Source: Catajapyx aquilonaris
Taxonomy: Eukaryota
Assembly (NCBI GenBank): GCA_000934665.2
Contig: KZ539019.1
Coordinates: forward strand, 1-36,219
Length of the DNA: 36,219 nucleotides
Direction: 5' to 3'
Numbering within the stretch: the stretch's first letter is position 1; the number at the start of each line of letters is the position of its first letter. Below, piece by piece: positions 1 through 10,541 of the stretch. The position numbers and the translations under genes are program-made. The notes below the pieces were generated by a model. That model searched no databases, was not told where the DNA came from, and worked only from the letters and a program-made list of their open reading frames with translations.

Positions 1-97
1 AAGACGTAATTAAAGCTATTCGCCGATTTTCGTCAAAATCTGACAACCCAAGGGTCAATTTTCCTTAAAAGCTCGGTGAATTGACATGGAATGACCC
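1..97. mobile_element. Probable right end of a non-autonomous DNA transposon, in a CaMKI intron
   Basis: Ends in TTGACATGGAATGACCC (reverse complement GGGTCATTCCATGTCAA), a terminus I recall from invertebrate DNA-transposon TIRs. The partner end would be outside the window. Confidence 0.35.
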
Positions 98-421
98 ATT
101 AGTGTCAACATTCCCTGCTTTGAATACTTTCATTTTGGAGCTGCTCTTGTCCTTCGCAAGTTTTCCATGAAATCCTAGGATGGGAGTGAGGACCAAGCTC
201 CAGGGACTTGTGCATGTCTGAAGGGCCAGTTTTACTTTGCAATTTGGTCGTTATGTTTATACATGCTATAATGAAGGCCCGTCATTGTCTTTCCTGCAAA
301 GTACATACAGTACATGCATAGATGCAGTATTTCACCACCCATTGTGACTCTTGAAAACATTTTGTTGCATGGTAGCTTAAGATATTTCCCGGGTGTTTTG
401 ACTTACGTGTGCTTTTTGCAG

Positions 422-509
422 GATATCTGGAAATGCAGCAAGCAGCAAGAACATCCATGGAACTGTGTCTGAACAACTGAAGAAGAACTTTGCCAAATCA
501 CGCTGGCGG
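422..509 (+). CDS. CaMKI: CaMKI internal exon: end of kinase domain, autoinhibitory segment and first half of the calmodulin-binding helix
   Basis: Acceptor tttttgcag|G, donor CGG|gtaggt. Encodes (W)ISGNAASSKNIHGTVSEQLKKNFAKSRWR, matching the CaMKI regulatory segment (vertebrate [21 protein letters not shown]; Drosophila-type NIHGTVSEQLKKNFAKSRWK). Kinase exons lie upstream of the window. Confidence 0.95.
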
Positions 510-1498
510 GTAGGTTTTGAAAGTTTGGCCCTGAGAGGGGCCAGCCGTGGTTGCAGCTCCCCTTCTTGTCTGGATTTGCCTCTCATCTCATTGCATACAT
601 ATTTTCATCTCATCTCCCTCTTTCTCTCTTTATTCATCTCAACTTGATTGATTTCCTTTTCGTGTGAATGAGACCTTCTTGGAATCTTGCCTCCTGGGTT
701 CGGTTGAGAGTGCCGAGGCTTGCCTGATGGAGCTATCTTCTTACCTCTTTGTCTCTTTTTTCATGTTCTCGTATCTGCCTTTTTTTCTCCCCCTCCTGCA
801 CCCTCCAGCCTCTTTCAATGGCATGTCCCTTACCAAGTTTTACTGCACATTCGAAAGGGGTTAAAAATGGGAGTGGGTTCCACATCAAAGGGATCGTGGC
901 CATTTACATTAATGTACTTATACAGTGCGCATTGCAGAGTTGCGATTTCTGTTTGCCTTTAAGCTCAATTACACCAGAGTGGAAGTGGGATTGAATTGGA
1001 AATTTGTGCGGCATAATGCTGTTCATTTTGCAGTCTGTCAAGTTACGTGCCATCCAAACGGCAAGATTCGATTTTTTTGTATGTGGTTTCTGGTTGTAGG
1101 ACGAATGTAGAAACTAGGCCAGTTATGTCAAAAGTTGTGCGGAGTTTCATCATTGGGAAAAAGAATACCAGTATTCATAATTTAATAGGGATAAAACTTC
1201 ATTGTGAATAGTTGACTATTAGGCAGGTACTGCATCATCCACCATGGAACTTGCTGGGATGAATGTGAAATTCATTTATCATTCCTGCTAGTTACTGCAA
1301 TAGATGGGATTAACTAAACTAGAATCAGTACCACACTTAGGTGGAAATAAGATCTGCATGTGCATTATAAAACACATGTGGTGCAAACAAGTAGAGAGTG
1401 GTAAACATTGGTAAGGGAGGGTTTGTTTGGGAGCTAAACCTGCCGTGTGGAGAGAGCTGCGGGTGGATGAGGTTTGGGTGTCCCTGGTCTTGTTGCAG

Positions 1499-1742
1499 CA
1501 ACTGATGCATGCCATTGCCATGGTGCACAAGATGCAGAGGTTAGCACTGGGTAGCACGGGTAGCATGGAGGTGGTGGAGGATGAACGGGAAGAGGATGAA
1601 GCAGCGCAGAAGAGTGGAGAGTCAAATGGGGAGGATGAGGATGACGACATGATGGCAGCAGTATGCAGGCAAAGGGCCAAGGTCCCCAAGTGTCCGCCAA
1701 CTATTCACGAGGAAGAGGGGGAAGCCTCTCCCAACACCGCTG
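1499..1742 (+). CDS. CaMKI: CaMKI alternative exon A: second half of CaM-binding helix plus acidic tail
   Basis: Phase-0 acceptor tcttgttgcag|CAA. Encodes QLMHAIAMVHKMQRLALG, which aligns to CaMKI QAFNATAVVRHMRKLQLG, then an E/D-rich tail. The 3' end is uncertain: weak donor CTG|gtttgt at 1742/1743, or read-through to TAA at 1838-1840. Confidence 0.8.
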
Positions 1743-3300
1743 GTTTGTTCTTATTCTGCGGGAGAAAAGAAAACGAGATGCAACACATCTCTCCCGTCTT
1801 CCAGGACATCTCTGTTTTATTATGCCAATTGAGTCTGTAAAAAGGGTGACGTGATGAAACCACCCATGCTTGTAGTGAAACAGGTTGTGCCATTGGTTAA
1901 TATTTGGTTGGCAAAATGTCACATTGGCCTGGAAATTGGCACATAAGCATGACTGTTCATGTTAGGTGATGTTAAGGCATATTGTGATGGTAAATTCTGT
2001 CATGGTAGCTTTAAAGAAATTGAATGGCACAGTTTTGTCAATAACGATGGTTGTCGAAAAAGACAGTCTTTTAAAAAGTGTAAGCCTGGAAAGGTTATGT
2101 CCTTGCGGAGACGGGGTGATGACACACTGGTATCCTGGCTGGCTGACTATTATTGGTTGGATGGATGGAGAGTTGGCTGACAAAATCATGGCTCCCACTT
2201 AGGCTTTTTTTGTCTCTTGTATGTACTCGTTTGCATGTCTGGCTTTTAACCCCCATTTTCCCTTCATCCTTTTCAATGCGTAGCCTTGCTTGACTTACTG
2301 AATGCCTCATTTTCAAGCCTCGTGCACTGTTTTTTACACTTCACATGCATATTTTACCAAGGGTTGAACAACTGTGTTGGGAGCTTCTGGCCTGGGAGCC
2401 TTACATAAACAGTCTCATGCATATTTTAAAGCTTGAAATTAACTTGCAAGGCTCTTGCAGAATGTTAGCTCCCGACACACAACACATATGCAGATGTTGG
2501 TGTTACCTGTCACGAAATATTCTGCTCACAAATAACATGGTTAGTAATCAATTGCTGTGCCATTAGATGCTCATATTAACATGTTAGTTACCGCTTAATG
2601 TACACCAAGCAACGCCCACGTTTGAAAATTAGGAGTGGTGTGGTTATTCTTTGCAGTAAGTTAGAGTGTAACACAAGTAGGTGACACAAGAATTCATGAT
2701 AGTTATGTTAATTTCTTAGTGTGACATAGACAAATGCTTTCTGCTCTTCTGTTGAGTAGCAAGTTTGTGAGGAGTACTGATTGAAAACAATCTGTATGTC
2801 TGATGGTGTGCATACTTTGTAGCAATGTCCGACTCCTTCTAAGCTAGTCAGTTTTAAAACCCTTCACACAAGTGAAGTACACTTGTGTAAACTTAGCGTT
2901 GTTTTCAGTTGGGTACTCCTACCACTAGTTTAAGTGTCCAAAGTTGCTTACATGTTGTATCAGATACCTAGACGCCAGTGAGCAGGCTTGGTGTTTCCAA
3001 ACATGTATGACTCACAGTGTAGATGTGAGCTAAAGTTTCTTTTCCTTTTTGTGATTTGGTCATGTATCATCTGCCGGTGGATCCAGGTTTAATACTGGAA
3101 ATAATTTCACGATATTTGCATTTTGTCAAGGGCATATTTACACAATCATTTTGACCAGGACCCAAAAGTAAAATGAATGTGGATGTATACCTGGACCCAC
3201 TAGTGAAATAATATTTACAGTGCTTTAGCAAGTGAGGTCAACACACAATCTAATTTTGGTCCTGTACCTTTCTCTCTTGCTGCCACCCTTTGGACAACAG

Positions 3301-3522
3301 TACGCCTACCATGCAACGGCCGCAATCCGTCAGATGAAGCTGCTGGCCCTGCAGGGAAGCAGCAGCAGCTGCAGCCCACAGCGATCCAGGGATAACAGTT
3401 CGGAGCGGCGGGAGGACGGGGACGCCCATCCAGGTGGCGGTAAGGCTGAGGAGAAGATGAACGGGGGTCTCTCCTCGACGGCCTTCTCTTCACCCCCTGC
3501 GGTCACACAAGAAAAGGCCTGA
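3301..3522 (+). CDS. CaMKI: CaMKI alternative terminal exon B: second half of CaM-binding helix plus C-terminal tail
   Basis: Long pyrimidine tract and phase-0 acceptor caacag|TAC. Encodes YAYHATAAIRQMKLLAL (cf. Drosophila-type QAYYAATVIRQMQRMAL), then ...PPAVTQEKA and TGA at 3520-3522. Confidence 0.9.
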   Translation, partial: YAYHATAAIRQMKLLALQGSSSSCSPQRSRDNSSERREDGDAHPGGGKAEEKMNGGLSSTAFSSPPAVTQEKA

Positions 3523-5687
3523 TGGCAGCCCCGGTCCCTCCACTCCCCCATGCCGCCCGACTTCCTCTCCTTCCTCCGCCCCATCCCAGGAGCCAACTCA
3601 GCATCAACATCATGGCTATCAGCTGTTGTCACAGAGCAATTCCTCCTTTCCAGTGTGGTATCCCGCTGCCTCATTTCACCTAAAGTGCACGTTTCTGGCA
3701 AAGTCGCTATTAATTAACAGGGCTTCGTCCTAGTTGCCGGCCTGTAGTAGCCACTATGGGTGGTTCTAATTATAATGGTGATTATGTGCCAATGAGGTTG
3801 GCCAACTCTGTGCTTACATGAGAAGGGCTAAGTAGTTGGATTATGCAGGGTTTGACCAAAGTGCCGAAGATTGGGCAGTCTCACCGTGTGCGGAATATAC
3901 TTGAATGTAGGCAGCAGCCCCTTTCATAAGTTGCATACAATCAACATACCAGTACATCCTCTACCCTTTGTTGTTGCGTACATTTTTGTGACGAACCCAG
4001 TGAAGAGCAGCTGCAGGTCCGATATCAGAGTGCACTTACGGAATAAGGAATTTACTGTTTTCAGGTTATATTTTGTGATGATAACGATATTCTAATGTTA
4101 AGATATATTATATTTTTTTAGATTGCTCACTTACATTATAATTTACTGCCAACCTGTGCCATGAAGGTTACTTCTTTGTTAACTTGGTGACTAACCATTC
4201 TTCAATGCCTTTGCACCACTAAACCCCATATCCATCCACATTTAGAGTTTGGGCACATTTGACAATCACTTGTTATGTACAGGCCAGACAGGATTCTGAG
4301 AAATGAAGAAATCTATGAAGTGCATTGCAGGTCAAGACCCACCTGCACAAGCCCAATTTCTCGTAACCGTGGTTTTTCGGCATGTAACTACAAGTACCAG
4401 GGGTAATGGGAATTGAATGGGTGCACCGTTTCATGATGCATATCACTTGTGCAATGATAATAAGTGGGGTCGGAAGCATCAGACCATCCAGTTTAGTGGC
4501 TACTACTGCCTTCTGTTTACAGAACGCTTGAAGGTAAAGTTGGGACAAGAAAGCTGGATATAATGCCCATTACGTAGCTTTTTTTCATCGCCTAGTTGAG
4601 TGTGACATCTTTTGTATAAAATTATGCTACCAATGAAAAATGTGGGAGGTAAAAAGCGGTCAGAGAGCAGAGATTAGTCTTTCCGTAATTCTATATCCAG
4701 GAGAAAAAAAGACACTACCTTCTTGAATGTCAGTATATAGAGCTTCTGTAAGCAGAGTAGCAGAAAGACTCAAGTGTCCCTCGCCCTTCTCTAGATACGT
4801 GACAGTTCACCTTCTTCGCGGGTTAGAAACATGTACATAGTCACTCAGAGCCCGCCTCCTTTATCAGAATGTTATTTCCATAGATTTGCTGCTACAAAAT
4901 TGATGCCAAGTCAGTGCACTTTAGGTGAAGCCATCATTCGCACACTACCTAAACGAACCACCAGTTTCCCTGTTGTTAAATATTCCAGGGCCAGCAGGCC
5001 CAACTTAACTTTCAACAACTGTCATGTGAGATGCCCTTGTGCCCAACTACCACTCCCCCAAAAAATAACTGGGGAATATGCTTGTGAGTAGCAATAGTTG
5101 CCCCTTCCTCTTACCCATCCCAATATGCCCGAACTTTTTTTTATTTTCCATGCAGACTGCTAGGTGACCTTTACATCCTCGTTTCGGTGTGATGGTGTCA
5201 TAGTGGAATCTCTGTGCCCACAGTGGAGAGGAACTAAAGAAATTGAAAGGTGCTATTTATTGTATCAAATCAATTTAGTTGAGGATCACCGTTGAAGTGC
5301 GGATGATATACATATAATTATATATAAAGAAGTTTTGTCCCCTTCACCACAACCCCTTCGTCCTCCCCCATACGTTAAAGTAGACTTAGCAGGTGGTATA
5401 AATATTTGTATTTAGTACTTTGGGTTTTGTAGACACTTTATTTTGTTATTAGGAGGTTGTAGCTATTTGTTTTTCTTATTCTGTCTGTACATATATGTGT
5501 AAGAAAGGAAGGAGGTTTACTACCTTTTTTGCTATATTCCGTCACTTTTTTTTGTTGTGTGTGCGCGTGCGTGTGCTGCCGCCCCCTCACTTCAAAGAAT
5601 GGGAGATGTGTCATGGATGAGCATTGCAAAGTTATGGATTAAAATTAGTGGCAACATTATGTATGCTGAATATTATAAAAAATTATA

Positions 5688-5820
5688 CAGTGAAACCTGT
5701 CTATACCAGACTGAATACAGGCAGACCATTTGACAATGAATTTCTGTCACTAACGATTGTAATCGATTCAGTACTGAAATTTTGTCAAAAAGAAGTGACT
5801 GCTATAGACTGGTGTCACTG
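5688..5820. mobile_element. MITE of Tc1/mariner-pogo type, 133 bp
   Basis: Imperfect TIRs CAGTGAAACCTGTCTATACCAG vs reverse-complemented right end CAGTGACACCAGTCTATAGCAG. TA on both flanks (5686-87, 5821-22). Confidence 0.75.
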
Positions 5821-7648
5821 TAGCGGCCAAAGTGCATCCCATAAATAGATGAGTTAGTAAGCTTACTGTGACCTGATGAATTTGCACAAGACTTACCCAT
5901 TCAGCTACCCTGATTTTCAGCCAAGTTGTATATAAAAATTGTTGCCACTATTTTTGACTCGAACCATGCCAGCGCAGCAGCAGCTCATTTTGCCATATCC
6001 TTCGTGTTAGTAGATCTTATACTCAAAATGGCAGCACCAGCAATACCTGTTCTTTCGATCATTCCTTCAACTTTGTTCAGCCCCCCTGATGGCTGGCTGC
6101 TCTCTAATCCACCTCACTCCACAAGATCTCTAATGGGCTGTGGGTGGGGGGAACAACCCTTTTTGTATGACATGGGGTCTGTTGTATGAAACCGTTGTTG
6201 TTTCATTTCCACTTGTGTTCATTGGCTACTGGCTAAACTTGGTCTTCAAGGCAGGGGGATGTGTCAGCTCTCATTGAAGCATTTTTTTAAAAGAGGTGGT
6301 GGTTCCATTGCGAGACAAATAAAATCACTCTGAAGACTGCCGATTCATACAGCTCGGGCTTGCGTCCGGTTTGTGGTTTGTTTACACCACTGTCACCTGT
6401 GTATGTATGATACTGCATCCGTTGAAAGTAACTGTCCATGACTTAGTAATTCAATCCCCGTGTTGCTGTTTGGGCGAGTTTAGTTGGGCAGACATATTTA
6501 CAAGTTTACTCCTTGGCATTTTGCAGGGGGATACGCAGATTACGATATTTTCAAAATGATAGAGATTGTAAATTTTATATGTGCAGATATGTGTGGCATA
6601 CATTACGTTCTAGGTACACTGCTCTCTTACTTGTTCTATGCAAGGTGATTTTGATGCAATGCTGAGCTAAAATTGCGAACATGTTTCAATTTTATCTATG
6701 TGTGTCATCAACTTTATCATGCACCAAAGTCTGCGCAGCTCTAGCATTATTTTGTGACCAATGGTCCAGTCCATTGTTACAAAATCACATGTTTTGATTC
6801 ACTTGCTTGATTTTCATGCAAGTGTTGACCTTAAACTGAATTTACTTCTTGTGGGAAAATAATGGTTTACTTAATTAATGTGATCGGTGGACGGCAGTCG
6901 TTGCCAATTCCTTCCAATGAATTGTGTAGAGACATAGCGGATTTATTCCCCCCTCCGCACCCACTCGCATAGGAATCTTTCGGAGTGAATACTGACTCTC
7001 TTTCCAAACCACTGTATATAACGAGACAAATCTAATTGTGTAGGTTTAGCCACACGATGGGAGTGAGTGAAGGGTCGTAAACCTAGTGCGAATGGACGAG
7101 CATGTGCAGACAGGGCAAATGTGTGTGCATGCGAGTGCATAGGTGGGCTAGGCCAGCAGGTTTCAGGACATCACCGAATAATCAACTGATGCCCCACCAC
7201 TATTTGGTTGTAAAGTTACATGCTGACAAGTATGTGCATGTTTCTTTTTGTTTTGATCAACATTCCACAAATGGTGTAATTAGTGCTTGTAATCGACACT
7301 GGAGATTTTTTACAAAAAATAGTTTGGACCTATCCTGTAATATTTTGCAGACCAAATATTGGTGCAGGCAAGAAGTGTGTTTATCTTATGACCTGATGGA
7401 AACACTTGAGTAAGCAAGACATGGTGGGAGAATTTGTACATGTATATGTTGAATTGTTTCGTACAATCATGTTGCATTAGAAGTGTTCAAATTTTGTTAT
7501 CTTTATTTTGTTTTTCCCCTACCCTCTTTTTCTATATGTTCACTTAAGAAAATCGTAAATAATTACCTGGTGATTACATTTGAAGAAGAGTAATGCAGGC
7601 TGCTGGCAGCCTTGAAGTGGTCTCAGTCGGCATTATTTTTTTCCACAG

Positions 7649-7809
7649 CCACTTTGGTTCACACTGTTGCACTGTGTCGGAAAGTTCAAACTTTGACTCT
7701 GAAAGAGAATGTACAAAGAGGACGCCATCACATGCTTTGTAAACCCACAGTTTCCGCGACGTCACCACAGGTCCATACTGGGATACAGCTTTCATTCTCA
7801 TTTGTTTGA
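7649..7809 (+). CDS. Candidate additional CaMKI exon resembling exon A
   Basis: Strong acceptor ttatttttttccacag|CC. In phase 1 it reads (A)TLVHTVALCRKVQTLTL, 7/17 identical to exon A QLMHAIAMVHKMQRLAL with mostly conservative changes. Stop at 7807-7809. Phase does not match the 509 donor. Confidence 0.35.
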
Positions 7810-8990
7810 ACGTTTCGATTTTCCATCATATTTGTTACAAATTATACGGTTATCTTGCCTACTACCAGGGTTTGCATTCCGGTATCAAACCAATTTGACG
7901 AAGCAGCAGCAGCAAAGACATGTCAGTAAAGCAATGTGAGCAAAAGTGGCTTCTATATCTGCTCTCTGTAGAGGTTGTGCTTACATACTGTAGAGCGTAG
8001 CATTCTCTGCAACCAGGTAGGCAAGTTGTCTATTTTGTGGGGAAAGTGCGGATAAATTGTGATTGTGGTGATCTATTTTGTCCCAGTATGGAGGTACAGA
8101 TGAGAATAAAGGAGTGATGGGAACTGACATCCCGGTTGTTGGCACGTTATTTCCAGCACCTCTGTTGCCATGGCAGCAGTTGGATCTATAGAGCTGCCAT
8201 GGGAGACATGGCCAGGGAGCTGGTATCATTTAGTGTCAAAGGTCCTCTTCCAGTGCGGCTTGCAAACTATCCCAACCAGGCGTCCGGGGTCCAAATATTA
8301 GATCTCATGTTGGATCCCCCGTGTCAGGTAGGTTCAGCACCAAATGGTTTAGCTCTATTGATTGAGCACCCGTATGGTTTTATTAGGTGGGCCAAGTTAC
8401 CTTCCGCAACTATTACACTGCATCGATCAGCATACTAGTGAAGCATGTGGTTAATGAGGTAATTACACAAATTTGCCAATTAATTTCATCATAAAATGCA
8501 ATTGAGCATTGTGAGCAAAATTGAAAGTCAGCCGTCTGGCACGCTCATTTTCAGGAAAAGAAAAGAAAGAACTCCGCAGACAGTGATGAGGAAAAGTCAC
8601 CAATTGAGTCACCATGGAAACTCAGCATATCCAGAAAAGTCTTGATGGATGCACCGCACTGTGAAAACGGATGTCAACAAACAGTCACCATTTCTGCTTC
8701 TGAGGTATGTATGCAAAAGTGGCTTTGCATTTGCTCACTTCCATATTGTCACACTGATGTTAAGTGTACGACATAATTTTGCATACTTTGTTGCCACTAA
8801 TATCAAAAAAGGGTACCGTAAGATAATATACGCATGACGAGTGACAATGACAGACCAGTACACCCCTCATTGTTACCCCATATTCAGACTGTGAGCTGGC
8901 ATTTTCACACCTTTACTGCCTCCTAAATGAGTGTTATAAAAGGTAAACCACCAGCCAGTAAAAAATGCACCCCTCACCCACTTCACACAG

Positions 8991-9305
8991 TTATTTATGG
9001 CCTGTCCCCTCATGACATTCATTAAGTCCCAATTTGTCCCTCAGAGTATTGTGGAGTGGCGTCACCTAACGAGCATGAGACTGGTGCTGAGGCAGCCTTC
9101 TGCCCTCTGGAACACCTTCAGACTGGATGACCTCAACCTCCTGGTTCCGACTGGACGTCCCCTGTCATCACGGACACCGACGCCGGCCCCTGAAACTATT
9201 CTGGACATGCTGAGGCGGCAGACCATGGCTGCCCTCAGGGTCTCTGTCGATAGGTCCAGTTCTTCAGAAGGGTCAGGTTCCGCCTATGAAATCACTTCCT
9301 TGTAA
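8991..9305 (+). CDS. Candidate distal terminal coding exon (possibly CaMKI) ending in a class I PDZ-binding motif
   Basis: GC-richer coding-like ORF. Two in-frame phase-0 acceptors: cttcacacag|8991 and tttgtccctcag|9045. Ends ...SAYEITSL-stop (T at -2, L at 0). Confidence 0.45.
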   Translation, partial: LFMACPLMTFIKSQFVPQSIVEWRHLTSMRLVLRQPSALWNTFRLDDLNLLVPTGRPLSSRTPTPAPETILDMLRRQTMAALRVSVDRSSSSEGSGSAYEITSL

Positions 9306-9975
9306 TTAGAGAGCCAGTTTGGTGGGAGAATTTTTTTCTTTTCTTCTGTTTTATATAACAACATAACATACCGGTACAATTAATGAACGATAACAGTAGC
9401 CCAAACTACTTTCTAATTGCCCAAACATAGATAATGAGTTACGTTGTCAACTTTCTCGTGATGTATCAAATTGTTGGTTCTTGTCACTGTGCGGTGTGTG
9501 TGCGGAGGAAGACATGGAATGTGAAGGCAATAGAGGTTTTTGTACTACAATGGAGGACAGTTACGTATACAATTGTGTTTCATAAATAAGTACTGTCGAT
9601 ATGTCGCGTTTGGCCGAAACTTTTCATGACATACCGGTACAGTATGGAATAACAACAGATGAGCAAGTCCACTTTTGGGCATATAGTGAGAGCACAGTAA
9701 TTGTTCCTGAGATGGAAAATGAGCTATATCAAACAATGAAACCAACAAGCACAAAGTAATGGTACGGTAATAAATAAAAGGCGCTCTATGTACACTGGAA
9801 GAATTAGTGACATCACACTGGCCAAGTCACTGGGGAATCTGGAATACATGGGCCCAGATTCTAATAGTCAAATGGGCCCATGGTTCCAACACACTGGCAG
9901 TGATCAAGAAAAAAGCCGTATCTGACGGAGGCAGCAGTTGCGGCTTTTTAGCTGATCAGCAGAGATCGCGAGACT

Positions 9976-10485
9976 TCACTTGGGTCTCTTCCTGGCGGCC
10001 CCCAGTTTGGCTTTGGCCCTGTTGGAGGGCACAGCGGCTGACCCGGGGCTGCCCCTTGAGGCGGAGGCTCCGAGGGCCTTCATCTTCTGCCGCTCCTCGA
10101 TCTTGTGTCGGAGGGTGAGCAGGGTGGCTGGGCTGGCCCCTGTGCCCGTTCGGACATGCTTGCCAGTCATGGCCCTTGGAGCTCGGCGGCGGTGCTGGAG
10201 GGCCGGCCCGGGGTCCAGCCCGGTGGCGGACAGGTCGGTGGCAGAGAAGTCGTCGGAGGTGGAGGGCTGCCGGTCGGAGGTCGGGGTCAGGAGTCGGGAG
10301 TGGTGCTCTGGGTGGGGGTGGTGCTGAGGATGGTGGTGACGGTGTGTTGGATGCGGCGAGATGCTCCCGTGTGGGGAGGGTAAGGAGGCGGTGGTCACAG
10401 CCGGGGCAGGGTCGGAGGTTAGGGATGGGGGCTCGCCCACCACCCCCTGGGACTGCGACGCTAGCTGCCGAAGAAGCTCCTGGGC
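9976..10485 (-). CDS. Exon 2 of an uncharacterised 403-aa nuclear protein (aa 235-403)
   Basis: Acceptor gaccttccag|GCC with upstream ctgac branch motifs, phase 0. GC-rich ORF with a His/Pro tract, the block RRRAPRAMTGKHVRTGTGASPATLLTLRHKIEERQKMK and a basic C-terminus ARKRPK. Stop TGA at 9976-9978. Confidence 0.85.
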   Translation of the reverse strand, partial: AQELLRQLASQSQGVVGEPPSLTSDPAPAVTTASLPSPHGSISPHPTHRHHHPQHHPHPEHHSRLLTPTSDRQPSTSDDFSATDLSATGLDPGPALQHRRRAPRAMTGKHVRTGTGASPATLLTLRHKIEERQKMKALGASASRGSPGSAAVPSNRAKAKLGAARKRPK

Positions 10486-10541
10486 CTGGAAGGTCAGCAG
10501 GTCAGTTTTTTGCAAATTACATCACACCCTGTACCGCTCAC
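10486..10541 (-). other. 56-nt spliceosomal intron (phase 0)
   Basis: CAG|gtgagc ... ctgac ... ttccag|GCC. Lower-GC island inside GC-rich coding sequence. Removing it fuses ORFs 10494..11243 and 9976..10515 in frame (...HSFQ|AQELL...). Confidence 0.9.

Noticed and set aside
3654..3683. Acceptor followed by CGIPLPHFT-stop, resembling PLPSFT of the 809 candidate exon
   Set aside because: Very short, out of register and inside the probable 3'UTR. It shows how easily such short matches arise, so the weaker exon candidates are scored low.
9515..9536. miR-1-like start TGGAATGTGAAG
   Set aside because: 3' half does not match miR-1 and there is no complementary upstream arm.
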